A stretch of DNA of 64,000 bases from an uncultured Candidatus Saccharibacteria bacterium (GTDB taxonomy: Bacteria; Patescibacteriota; Minisyncoccia; Phycocordibacterales; UBA9973): the NCBI GenBank assembly GCA_964591445.1, contig CAZQAW010000001.1:14625-78624 (forward strand). Reading direction: 5' to 3'. Positions 8,514-17,528 of this stretch are shown in pieces (position 1 is the stretch's first letter; each line of letters begins with the position of its first letter). A program made the position numbers and the translations under genes. The notes beneath the pieces are model-generated. The model saw only the letters and a program-made list of their open reading frames with translations, was not told where the DNA came from and ran no database searches.

Positions 8514-11429
8514 TTACACCGCTACAATGTTAACAAGTCTTCCCTTCACGTAGACTATTTTGACGATCTTTTTGCCGTCAGTCCATTTTTTGATCATTTC
8601 GTTTTCCTGCGCTTTCGATTTGATGATTTCTTCGTCCATGTCTACCGGTATAATGAGTTCCGCACGAACTTTGCCATTTACCTGAAGCGCAATAGTGACT
8701 TCGTCGTCAACGATTTTCGATTCGTCATACTGTGGCCACGTTGAGAGATGGATAGAAGCCGTCTCGCCAAGCTCGTGCCACAGTTCTTCGGCAATGTGCG
8801 GCGCGAATGGAGAAAGGAGTTTGCAGAAAGTAAGGAGATCTTGTTTTGCAATTCCTTCTTCTTTTTCCCATAGGTTGAGTAGAATCATCATTTGGGAAAT
8901 GCAGGTGTTGAATTTATACTCGGCAATATCTTCTGATATTTTTTTGATTGCTTTGTGAAGCGCTTTGCTTGCAGTATCGCTTGTTGTTTTTCCTGCGTCA
9001 TTATTTTTTTCTACAAGCCTCCACACTCGCTCCAAGAATTTTCGCACGCCCACAACTCCATTCGGGTCCCAAGGATAATTTCCTCCGTCTCCATACGGAC
9101 CCATGAATGCCAAATACAATCGCACAGTGTCAGCACCCAAAAGCTGAACCACTTGGTCGGGGTCAATGACGTTACCTTTGGATTTACTCATTTTGTTTCC
9201 GTCCGGGCCAAGAATAAGTCCGCGATTGCGGCGCGCAAGATACGGCTCGGTTTCTTCCACCATGCCAGCATCGTGCATCGCCTTCACCCAAAAGCGTGAA
9301 TAGAGCAAGTGCATCGTTGTGTGTTCTGCTCCACCGAAATACATATTGATCGGCATCCAAGCTTTGCGAGATGCTTTGCTTGCAAATTCATTTTCATTTT
9401 TCGGGTCAAGATATCGATAGAAATACCACGAAGAGTCGACAAATGTGTCCATCGTTTCAACTTCCGGTGTCCAGCCTTCCCCAAAAATATCTGTCACTCG
9501 CTTTTTCAATTCAGCACTGCGAGCAAGCGGCGCAGTTCCGTCTGGAGTATGGTCAACATCTGTTGGCAAAAGCCACGGCAAATGTTCGTTCGGAACTGCA
9601 TGCGCTTTGCCCGCTGGGTCGTACACAATAGGAATCGGCACACCCCAATAACGCTGACGAGAAATTCCCCAGTCGCGCAAACGATAAGTGTTCACCATTT
9701 TTCCACCGACGTGTTCTGTGATTTTCTTTTTCGCTTCTTCAGACGGAAGGCCAGTGAATGTAGCGGAGTCTTCCAGTATTCCACAATCAGTTAAGCACGT
9801 AGTTTTAAATTTTTTCGCATCGCTTGTGGTGTCGTAGCCGAGTTCGATCGCACGAGCTACTGATTCATCCAAAAATCTAATGTAATGTTTCAATCCATCT
9901 TCGTCGTTGTGAGTTTCCCAATATGTTTTTATTTCTTCAGCCGTCTTCCAGCCAAGAGTAAATTTTTCGTGCGCTTCAAGTTTAGTTGGTTTTGTCTGGG
10001 CGCTGTTAAGAATGATCAAAAAGCATTCGGCTCGGGCCGAGCGATTTACCTGTTTAAGTGTATTAAAATAATGCGCATAACTTGATTCGATCCATTCGAC
10101 ATATTTGAAATCATACAACCCACTTTCTTCTGCAACTTCACGCAGAACTCCTTTTTCGACAGATTCTCCATCATCAACCCCGCCCGCAAACAAAAGTATT
10201 TTTCCGTTTTCAAATTCACTCACCGCATATTTCTGAGTTGCTGGATCAAAAATAATTCCAGCACCGCCATTTCGAAATTCTTCGTTTTCTCTCTTCTGTC
10301 CAGTTTCTCGAGCAATCACTTTTTTTATCGGCAAATTATATTTCTTCGCAAATTCAAAATCACGTTCATCGTGCGCTGGCACTGCCATTACCGCACCTGT
10401 TCCGTAATTTACTAACACATAATCTGCAACCCATACTGGCACTTCTTCGCCATTTGCAGGATTAATTGCTTTTATACCCTGGAGCTCTACTCCTGTTTTT
10501 TCTTTTGATTGCTGGCGGTCAAGGTCGGACTTCTTTTTCGACAGAGAAATGTATTTTTCAACTTCATTCCAATTTGAAATACTTTCTTTAAGTTTTGACA
10601 CAAGAGTATGCTCAGGAGACAACACAACATACGTAACACCAAACAATGTGTCAGCACGAGTAGTGAAAACCCGAATACTCTCCCTCTCCTGGCTAGGAGA
10701 GGGCTGGGGTGAGGTTGTAATTTTAAATTCAATCTCGCTTCCTTCGCTTCTGCCAATCCAATTCTTCTGCGCTTCTTTGATATGCTCCGGCCAATCCAAA
10801 GTATCCAAGTCGTCGATCAATCTGTCTGCGTATTTTGTAATGCGGAACATCCACTGGTCTTGATCTTTCTGTATCACTTCAGCACCACAGCGTTCGCAGC
10901 AGCCGTTTGTCACTTGCTCGTTTGCAAGCACCGTTTTGTCTTTCGGACACCAGTTCACTTGCGTTGTTGCGCGATACACCAAATCTTTTTTCAAAAATTT
11001 TGCGAACATCCACTGCGTCCATTTGTAGTAAGATGGATCGCACGTCACCACTTCTCGCGACCAATCAAACGAAGTTCCGATCGAGTAAAATTGCTCGCGC
11101 ATTTTATCCATGTGCGAGTATGTCCACACTTTCGGGTCTTGGCCAAGTTTGATAGCCGCGTTTTCAGCCGGAAGTCCAAAGGCGTCGAAGCCCATCGGGT
11201 AGAGTACATTAAAACCTTTCATTCGTTTGTAGCGCGCATACATGTCTGGAATAGCAAAAGCGTACCAGTGCCCGACGTGCAAATTCCCGGAAGGATAAGC
11301 AAATTCAACCAAAGTATAGAAATTCTCTTTGCCGGTAACGCTATCTTCTACACGGTATACGCCCTGTTCCCGCCAAGCATCCTGCCATTTCTTTTCGATA
11401 TCTTTATGGTTATATTCGCGCTTTTTCAT
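8514..11429 (-). CDS. leuS: Leucyl-tRNA synthetase carrying two insertions: a palindromic-element peptide and a Nudix-box domain.
   Basis: HVGH (HIGH motif), the CP1 editing domain TTRADTLFGVTYVV...AHDERDFEFA, VNTYRLRDWGISRQRYWG, and KMSKSKGN. The protein is 971 aa, longer than the ~860 aa typical of bacterial LeuRS. Confidence 0.95.
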   Translation of the reverse strand: MKKREYNHKDIEKKWQDAWREQGVYRVEDSVTGKENFYTLVEFAYPSGNLHVGHWYAFAIPDMYARYKRMKGFNVLYPMGFDAFGLPAENAAIKLGQDPKVWTYSHMDKMREQFYSIGTSFDWSREVVTCDPSYYKWTQWMFAKFLKKDLVYRATTQVNWCPKDKTVLANEQVTNGCCERCGAEVIQKDQDQWMFRITKYADRLIDDLDTLDWPEHIKEAQKNWIGRSEGSEIEFKITTSPQPSPSQERESIRVFTTRADTLFGVTYVVLSPEHTLVSKLKESISNWNEVEKYISLSKKKSDLDRQQSKEKTGVELQGIKAINPANGEEVPVWVADYVLVNYGTGAVMAVPAHDERDFEFAKKYNLPIKKVIARETGQKRENEEFRNGGAGIIFDPATQKYAVSEFENGKILLFAGGVDDGESVEKGVLREVAEESGLYDFKYVEWIESSYAHYFNTLKQVNRSARAECFLIILNSAQTKPTKLEAHEKFTLGWKTAEEIKTYWETHNDEDGLKHYIRFLDESVARAIELGYDTTSDAKKFKTTCLTDCGILEDSATFTGLPSEEAKKKITEHVGGKMVNTYRLRDWGISRQRYWGVPIPIVYDPAGKAHAVPNEHLPWLLPTDVDHTPDGTAPLARSAELKKRVTDIFGEGWTPEVETMDTFVDSSWYFYRYLDPKNENEFASKASRKAWMPINMYFGGAEHTTMHLLYSRFWVKAMHDAGMVEETEPYLARRNRGLILGPDGNKMSKSKGNVIDPDQVVQLLGADTVRLYLAFMGPYGDGGNYPWDPNGVVGVRKFLERVWRLVEKNNDAGKTTSDTASKALHKAIKKISEDIAEYKFNTCISQMMILLNLWEKEEGIAKQDLLTFCKLLSPFAPHIAEELWHELGETASIHLSTWPQYDESKIVDDEVTIALQVNGKVRAELIIPVDMDEEIIKSKAQENEMIKKWTDGKKIVKIVYVKGRLVNIVAV
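10676..10717. repeat. Copy A of the in-frame palindromic element (actct-ccctctcc-tggcta-ggagaggg-ctggggtgaggttg) inside leuS.
   Basis: Identical 36-nt core to the copies at 31229-31264 and 33731-33766. It forms an 8-bp perfect hairpin ccctctcc/ggagaggg. In the leuS frame it reads [13 protein letters not shown]. Confidence 0.85.
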
Positions 11430-11476
11430 AGATTTGAGTATAGCAAAAAACCCCCGAAAATTCGAGGGTTTTTCTT

Positions 11477-12514
11477 TTACATCTTCATAGGCTCAGGCTT
11501 TGGGTAAGGTGGATACAAATCTTTGTCTATCGTTCGGTCGTAGCAGGTGCGGCCGGCTTCGTGATCCCATGAATCTCCGGCAATGCCTGGGTACGGCGCT
11601 ATTGCAGAAACAGCAACGTCGCGGCTTTCAGAAAACATCGGCTTCATGCCGCCACCGCTGTACTCGCTCCACCCTTCCGGCATCGGCTCGGCAAACGTTG
11701 CACAAAGTTTGAACGACAAGTCTCCAGTTTTTTCATATTCGTATATAAACCCTTTTTGGAATTCCGGATCGACAGGCACCATGTAGCTTGAAATCGGGTT
11801 CGAAAGGTCTTTCAAAGTTTCCGGCAATTTTTCTTTCTGTTGCCAGTACGAAATGATCTGCCATTGTATACTTTGGATGTCTTGCACGCGGCGTTCATCC
11901 AAGCGATACGCGCGCTGCTTCATTGGGCTACCCATTACTGCAAATGAAAATACAATGAGTGCCCCTACAAGGATTGCAGATTTGATAGCCATCCAAGTTC
12001 CAATATTACATCCAAGAATTTTTCGCATTCCGCGAAGCTCCCACATGTAATACATGCCAACCATTGCGGCGACAACAAGAGTAATAACAACTTTCAAAAT
12101 AAATCGTGTCGTAATTTCTCCTGAAACAAAGTATCGTACAAGTGTGACAAGGTCAACAGCAATTACCAAACCGGAAAGGAAAATGATGAGGTACAGCATC
12201 CATTTTTTAATGATAGCATCAACGCGCGCCAACTCTCCGCGAATGCTCTTTGTCCACAAACGCGACAGGATGAGGAATATGGGGAACATGATGATAAGCG
12301 TCGCAAGCGCAGTGCGCATTGCCTGATAGTCATACGTATTGTAGCCGTACGTGTACACTGCATTTAACGCATCCGGAAATTTTTTATCAAGCGTTGCAAA
12401 AACCAAATTCAAAAACGACGTCACGCTTGCAATGAGCGAGACGAGCACGCCGAGCGAAAGGAAGAAAAACTTTGGTGTAAGTGTATGTTTCTGTTGTTCC
12501 ATAAAAATATTCAC
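11477..12514 (-). CDS. Multi-pass membrane protein with a C-terminal extracellular domain (hypothetical).
   Basis: 345 aa with 5-6 TM helices in the N-terminal ~200 aa, then a soluble Pro/Tyr-rich C-terminus (YPPYPKPEP). No catalytic motif recognised. Confidence 0.6.
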   Translation of the reverse strand: MNIFMEQQKHTLTPKFFFLSLGVLVSLIASVTSFLNLVFATLDKKFPDALNAVYTYGYNTYDYQAMRTALATLIIMFPIFLILSRLWTKSIRGELARVDAIIKKWMLYLIIFLSGLVIAVDLVTLVRYFVSGEITTRFILKVVITLVVAAMVGMYYMWELRGMRKILGCNIGTWMAIKSAILVGALIVFSFAVMGSPMKQRAYRLDERRVQDIQSIQWQIISYWQQKEKLPETLKDLSNPISSYMVPVDPEFQKGFIYEYEKTGDLSFKLCATFAEPMPEGWSEYSGGGMKPMFSESRDVAVSAIAPYPGIAGDSWDHEAGRTCYDRTIDKDLYPPYPKPEPMKM

Positions 12515-12570
12515 ATGAACTGCTAATACTTATATAGTATACTAAACGTATAAGTTTACAAATTTGTGAT

Positions 12571-13167
12571 ATGACACCCAAACCGAAACAACCATTCAAA
12601 AAGCGCGAGCTTACAGACATCGAGAAAATGTCGATGGCGCTTACTCGTTGGGTCGGCTCGACAAAGTCGCTCGTTGCGCATACTGTATTTTTCGCTGTCA
12701 TGATACTCCTTGCCATTTCCGGTGTCGGTTTTGACAAAGTGCTTCTCATCCTCACAACGGTCGTTTCGCTTGAAGCAATTTATCTTTCCATTTTTATCCA
12801 AATGTCTGTGAACCGCCAAGCTCGCCGACTGCGTGAAGTGTCGCAAGATATCGAAGAGATTCAAGAAGACGTTGAGGAAATCCAAGAAGATGTCGAAGAA
12901 ATTGCCGAGGATGTGGAAGGCATTGAAAAAGATATCGATGAAATCCAAGAAAATGTGGACGAGATTCAGGAGGACGTGGAAGACATTACCGAAGATGTCG
13001 AGGATATTACCGAAGACGTAGACATGTATGAAAAAGAAGAGAAAGTCCGCGATGAAGCGATGATGAACAACATTCAGAACACGCTCGCGGAACTGATGCG
13101 AGAAATTCAAGAATTGAAAGAAAGCAAAGCAAGCAAAACTGTCGTGAAGAAAAAATTGGAAAAATAA
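12571..13167 (+). CDS. DUF1003-like small membrane protein with an acidic heptad-repeat tail.
   Basis: LTRWVGSTKSLVAHTVFFAVMILL and the following TM match the DUF1003 pattern. The C-terminus is about 8.5 tandem heptads, EDVEEIQ/EDVEDIT. Confidence 0.6.
   Translation: MTPKPKQPFKKRELTDIEKMSMALTRWVGSTKSLVAHTVFFAVMILLAISGVGFDKVLLILTTVVSLEAIYLSIFIQMSVNRQARRLREVSQDIEEIQEDVEEIQEDVEEIAEDVEGIEKDIDEIQENVDEIQEDVEDITEDVEDITEDVDMYEKEEKVRDEAMMNNIQNTLAELMREIQELKESKASKTVVKKKLEK
12850..13029 (+). repeat. Tandem 21-nt coding repeat, about 8.5 units (gatgtcgaagaaattcaagaa-like).
   Basis: Direct tandem repeats visible in the nucleotide sequence, encoding (D/E)(V/I)(E/D)EI(Q/A/T)E heptads. Confidence 0.7.
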
Positions 13168-13225
13168 AAGGCCCACAACAATTTGAATGTGTAGACCGTT
13201 TTATCGCGCTTCATCTTTAAGTTGG

Positions 13226-13471
13226 TTAGTACGGGGTAACACTCGATAGAATGATAGGCTGTTTTATATACAGAGGTAGTTGAGATGGTGTTTCTTGTTT
13301 CAGAAACATAAGTTGCGTAGACATTTTTTTACACAAATCTATGTCTCTAATAAATCCGCTTTCATTCATAAACTTCTTTATGAAATCTCCGTCTTTATCT
13401 ACAAAAAATCCATACTCTTCTGTAATCACAAACAGGGACCCTGTTGGCATAAATTTAAAGATACTAACCAT
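13226..13471 (-). CDS. Hypothetical small protein (low confidence).
   Basis: 81 aa ORF in the AT-rich spacer. GSLFVITEEYGFFVDKDGDFIKKFMNESGF looks protein-like. Confidence 0.3.
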   Translation of the reverse strand: MVSIFKFMPTGSLFVITEEYGFFVDKDGDFIKKFMNESGFIRDIDLCKKMSTQLMFLKQETPSQLPLYIKQPIILSSVTPY

Positions 13472-13541
13472 ATAAATAAATTTAAAGATTTGCCTTAAGT
13501 ATAGCCTATTTTAGGCTATTTGTCAATCTAGTATTTTATCC

Positions 13542-14126
13542 TTATTTTCTAAGCTTTAAAAGGCTTCCGCGGATGATTTCCGGCTCTTTTTTAAGAAGGG
13601 AGATAATGACAGACGGCTCCCCTTCTTTGCGGCCATCGCTTACGTAAAAGTCCACGCTTTTCTTAAAATAATTCTTCGCACCGGTGGCAGTCGTTGCCGG
13701 AGGCATACCTTGCGGGTTGGCAGACGGGGCAACAAGTGGACCAGTTTTTTTCAAAAGTTCAATCAAATCTTTTTTGTCTGGCATGCGAAAAGCTAACGAT
13801 TTAGTTCTGCGATGCACATATTCAAATTTCTTGCTTGTGCAAGGAAGTATGACACTTACCTTTCCCGGCCACACATTTTTCAAAAATGCTCGATGCTTTT
13901 CAGTCAATTTAATTCCAAACTTTTTTAAATCTACAATAGAAGAAACGAGCACAATAAAAGGCTTGTTTTCATCGCGGCCTTTCACATCATAAATCCGCTC
14001 GACAGCTTCCGGCAAAAAAGCAGAACCAACGACCCCGTACAAAGTGTCGGTAGGTAAAACCACAATTCCGCCTTTTTTTAGTATAGAAACCGCTTCGTTC
14101 ATATGTTGATTATAGCCATAAAGCAT
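13542..14126 (-). CDS. tsaC: L-threonylcarbamoyladenylate synthase (TsaC/YrdC/Sua5 family).
   Basis: GGIVVLPTDTLYGVVGSAF is the hallmark YrdC motif. 194 aa. Confidence 0.85.
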   Translation of the reverse strand: MLYGYNQHMNEAVSILKKGGIVVLPTDTLYGVVGSAFLPEAVERIYDVKGRDENKPFIVLVSSIVDLKKFGIKLTEKHRAFLKNVWPGKVSVILPCTSKKFEYVHRRTKSLAFRMPDKKDLIELLKKTGPLVAPSANPQGMPPATTATGAKNYFKKSVDFYVSDGRKEGEPSVIISLLKKEPEIIRGSLLKLRK

Positions 14127-14222
14127 TAAAACTCAACACTAAAATGGCGAATTCGTGATATTGACTTTTTTAAATATTAATGATAAAATAAGAATTAACA
14201 AACAAATTAAAAATCAAAAAAT

Positions 14223-14732
14223 ATGGAAAGATCCAAAAAAGGCATTCGTGCCATTATCGTAACAGCAATTTTTGCGATTATTTGCTCAATTATTGGGGTT
14301 ACTTTTATCAAACCAGACTTTATTGGTCCGATAGGTAGCACCATGATTGTGTCTTTCATTTATGCCAAAATTATTATGGCAATGGTGTTTACACAAGGGT
14401 GGAAAGTTTTCAATCGTAAAACCATTCTTGGCATGCCTGTCATCTTGTTCACTTTTTACATTCTACTGGGAGCAATTTTGTTTTCCCTGTATGTAACGAC
14501 CAAGTATGCAGGGCCAGATCTTGCGAACTCAGTAAAAAATATCCTTTCTCTCGTTATTACTGCTTCCTCAGCATTAATAGGGACATTCTGTGCATGGCAT
14601 ATAGGAGTTAGGGAATGGATGGCAGCAGGAAGCGAGTATGACGCCAGGATGCAGTTCAAGAATAAAGGTTACACAGATCCAGTAATTGAACAAAAGATTA
14701 CTGAGCTGAAAAATCTTAACATTATTTCTTAA
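14223..14732 (+). CDS. Hypothetical 4-5 TM membrane protein.
   Basis: Hydrophobic helices throughout. AT-rich. No motif. Confidence 0.5.
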   Translation: MERSKKGIRAIIVTAIFAIICSIIGVTFIKPDFIGPIGSTMIVSFIYAKIIMAMVFTQGWKVFNRKTILGMPVILFTFYILLGAILFSLYVTTKYAGPDLANSVKNILSLVITASSALIGTFCAWHIGVREWMAAGSEYDARMQFKNKGYTDPVIEQKITELKNLNIIS

Positions 14733-14789
14733 ATTTTAAAGGCTCAATGATTAAGCATCACGAAAGTGATGCTTTTCTTTTTTCCTGAG

Positions 14790-15314
14790 TTAAAACTCAA
14801 TCACGTAGCGCAAAAGTTTCTTGCCCCAGATCGGACCCGAAGAATCTATGCCGATTCGCGGAGTTTTGCGGATTTTTCCTTCAAGCGGTTTTTTACGCCA
14901 TTTGATATACAAGCCATTTTTCTTTTCCGCTTTTAAAGTATTCAAACTTTTATCTATGTGCAAATATTTTGTAAGCTTTCCCGGTCCGTCCACTTTTCTC
15001 CCATCATCTTCTCCACCTTTTATAATTCCTCCACGGATTAAAATCGCCGCCGGATAACCTTTTTCTCTGGTAACAAAATTCAGCATCCAATGCATCCCAT
15101 AACTCAAATACACATACCAATGTTCCGGCGCGCCAAACATCACAAAGTTACGCATCGTTTCTCCGCGAGCGGCATGCGAAGCCTTGTCTTCATGTCCATC
15201 ATAAATTTCCACTTCGTTTATCACCAAAGCAATGGACTTTCCCTCCCAAACCCGCACCAAAGTACTCCCGAGCATATCGAGCGCAATTTGTTCAGAGGAT
15301 TTAAAGGTTTTCAT
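14790..15314 (-). CDS. mpg: DNA-3-methyladenine glycosylase (Mpg/AAG family).
   Basis: EVEIYDG...ASHAARG.T.RN..MFGAPEHWYVYLSYGMHWMLNFV matches the AAG/Mpg family core. Confidence 0.8.
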   Translation of the reverse strand: MKTFKSSEQIALDMLGSTLVRVWEGKSIALVINEVEIYDGHEDKASHAARGETMRNFVMFGAPEHWYVYLSYGMHWMLNFVTREKGYPAAILIRGGIIKGGEDDGRKVDGPGKLTKYLHIDKSLNTLKAEKKNGLYIKWRKKPLEGKIRKTPRIGIDSSGPIWGKKLLRYVIEF

Positions 15315-15370
15315 GGATTTAGTATAACAAAAAGCACCTTTTTAGGGTGCTTTTAAAAAGTTTGTTAATT

Positions 15371-15556
15371 TTAGAAAGATATTTTCTTTTCTAAACTAAA
15401 TAAATAGAGGACAAGAGGAATAAAGATAGGTAGGAGCTGGGAAGTTGGTGTAACATACTTCATTTCCTCAGCAGTAAAATAATGTGGTAAAACAGTTACA
15501 TTTATTAGAGCAACTAGAGTATTCCACAAAGCAAGGGAAATCCAGATTTTTTTCAT
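15371..15556 (-). CDS. Possible small membrane protein (low confidence).
   Basis: 61 aa with two hydrophobic helices, in an AT-rich spacer. Confidence 0.25.
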   Translation of the reverse strand: MKKIWISLALWNTLVALINVTVLPHYFTAEEMKYVTPTSQLLPIFIPLVLYLFSLEKKISF

Positions 15557-15606
15557 CGTATATATTTTTAATACAAAATATTATATTTAAGAAACTTTGT
15601 CAAGTT

Positions 15607-16752
15607 TTATATCTTAAATTCCACCACATCCCCATCCTTCACAATATATTCCTTCCCTTCAGTTCGAACTTTTCCTTTTGATCTTGCTTCGCCGTAACTT
15701 CCCGCTTCGAGAAGGTCTTTGTAGTAGACAACTTCTGCGCGGATAAATTTATCTTTGAAATCTGTATGGATTGCTTGGCCGGCAACTGGAGCGGTTGAAC
15801 CTTTTTGAATTGTCCATGCGCGAGTTTCATCTTCTCCGGTTGTAAAATACGTGTCGAGTCCGAGAAGCTTGTAGCCTTCGGTAATAAGGTTGTTGATTCC
15901 GTCCCACTTCGCCAAAGCTTCGCGGGACACGTCTGCCCCAACTCCCATCATCTCTTTACGAAATATTTCTTTTTCTTCCCCTTCAAAATCTTTGAGTTCG
16001 TCTTCAATCTTTGCATCAAGTACAACAAAGGCTGCGCCTGTAGAAACAATATAGTCAGTCAGTTCCTTAAAAATCTCCGGGCTTGTTTCATCCAAATTCT
16101 TTGAGCCAGAGCGTTTGTTGAGTCCATACAATATCGGCTTGATGGTCAGCAAATTCATCTGTTTAATTTTCACCAATTCTTTTTCATCAAGCGTGACGGT
16201 GTTTGCCATTTGTTCAGCTTCAAGAGCTTTTTCTACTTTTACCAAAGCATCGTGTTCAAGCACAAATTCTTTGTCACCTTTTTTGACTTCACGCGCGATA
16301 TTTGAAATGCGTTTTGCAACCGTTTCCAAATCCGCAAGGATGAGTTCCATGTTGATGACTTTGATATCACGAAGCGGATCAATGTCGCCATACACGTGCA
16401 TAATATCTGTTCCGCCTTCGTTCTTGAGCGGAAAGATTCGCACCATTTCAAAAATAGCATCCGTCTCACGAATATTCGCCAAAAATTTATTTCCAAGCCC
16501 TTCACCTTTCGAAGCGCCAGCAACAAGTCCGGCAATGTCCACGAATTCGATCGCAGCCGGAATTGTTTTTTTAGATTGAGAGAAATCAGAAAGCTGCCAC
16601 AAGCGAGCGTCTGGCACAGCAACGATACCAACCGAAGGATCGATAGTACAAAAAGGATAATTCTCAGCAGGCACGCCTTTTTTCGTAAGAGCATTGAAAA
16701 GCGTACTTTTCCCCACGTTTGGGAGGCCAACAATTCCGATAGATAATGACAT
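15607..16752 (-). CDS. ychF: Ribosome-binding ATPase YchF (Obg-like GTPase family).
   Basis: IGIVGLPNVGKSTLFNALT (P-loop), NYPFCTIDP, FVDIAGLV, and the C-terminal TGS domain (VVEFKI). Confidence 0.95.
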   Translation of the reverse strand: MSLSIGIVGLPNVGKSTLFNALTKKGVPAENYPFCTIDPSVGIVAVPDARLWQLSDFSQSKKTIPAAIEFVDIAGLVAGASKGEGLGNKFLANIRETDAIFEMVRIFPLKNEGGTDIMHVYGDIDPLRDIKVINMELILADLETVAKRISNIAREVKKGDKEFVLEHDALVKVEKALEAEQMANTVTLDEKELVKIKQMNLLTIKPILYGLNKRSGSKNLDETSPEIFKELTDYIVSTGAAFVVLDAKIEDELKDFEGEEKEIFRKEMMGVGADVSREALAKWDGINNLITEGYKLLGLDTYFTTGEDETRAWTIQKGSTAPVAGQAIHTDFKDKFIRAEVVYYKDLLEAGSYGEARSKGKVRTEGKEYIVKDGDVVEFKI

Positions 16753-16806
16753 GGCACTACTATAGCAGAAATCACCTAAATAAAAAACTCTCGAGCTGAG
16801 AGTTTT

Positions 16807-17205
16807 TTATTCGGTAGTTTTTCCATCAAATTCTTCTTCGTGTGCGAGAGCTTCTGCTTTTGTTGATCTAACAATTCCGTCTTTGTGATGTGCTGGGGAA
16901 TAAATGGTGTAGAGTTTCAAATCTTCTTGGCCGGTGTTGATGACGTTATGTTGCGCTCCAGACGGAACGAAAATCGCGTCGCCATCTTTAACACTATATT
17001 CAGTTTCGTTGATTATCACTTTTCCCTGCCCTGCTTCAAATCTGAAAAATTGATCGTTTTCTTCGTGAATTTCCATGCCAATATCTTCGCCAGGCTTCAA
17101 ACTCATAAGTACAAGCTGTGAATGCCCGCCAGTATACAACACGCGACGAAAGTCGGTGTTTGTTTTTGTCAGATCTTCGATATGGCCAAAGTATCCCTTT
17201 TTCAT
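16807..17205 (-). CDS. Cupin-domain protein.
   Basis: Two cupin motifs: G(X)5H-E-H (GEDIGMEIHEEND) and ...GDAIFVPSGAQHNVINTG. Confidence 0.7.
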   Translation of the reverse strand: MKKGYFGHIEDLTKTNTDFRRVLYTGGHSQLVLMSLKPGEDIGMEIHEENDQFFRFEAGQGKVIINETEYSVKDGDAIFVPSGAQHNVINTGQEDLKLYTIYSPAHHKDGIVRSTKAEALAHEEEFDGKTTE

Positions 17206-17207
17206 AG

Positions 17208-17435
17208 TTAGTTGCCCATTACTTTTTGGAGCTCGGCTTTGTATTTTTGCATTACGGCCATAGTTGCGTGCATTTGGCTCATGCCGCCTTTGATTTTTTC
17301 TTGGGTTTCTTCAGCGATTTTCTTGAAGAGCGCTGGGTTGTCGGACACAAGCTTGATAATACGGTCTTGCTCAGCTTGAGGCATTCCTTTCAACTGGCGC
17401 TTCAACATTTGTTTCATTAAAAATTCTTTGAACAT
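17208..17435 (-). CDS. Small helical hypothetical protein, co-oriented with the cupin gene.
   Basis: 75 aa, charged, helix-rich. No motif. Confidence 0.4.
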   Translation of the reverse strand: MFKEFLMKQMLKRQLKGMPQAEQDRIIKLVSDNPALFKKIAEETQEKIKGGMSQMHATMAVMQKYKAELQKVMGN

Positions 17436-17528
17436 GCTTGTAGTATACCTTATTTTGCACAGTTCGCTCTACTTGACTTTTTTATATATTTTTGTATAAT
17501 AAAAACAAACAATTAAACTCAATAATAT

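Noticed and set aside
10782-11507. 241-aa plus-strand ORF inside leuS. Further examples are 8955-9299, 9309-9794 and 10549-10863.
   Set aside because: These are antisense shadow ORFs within a well-supported LeuRS frame. 10549-10863 only exists because the palindromic element reads through in the opposite direction ([12 protein letters not shown]).
12556-13176. 206-aa minus-strand ORF antisense to the DUF1003 repeat gene.
   Set aside because: It is a low-complexity translation of the complementary strand of the 21-nt tandem repeat (FLNLFDIL... repeats). The sense strand has the recognisable DUF1003 membrane domain.
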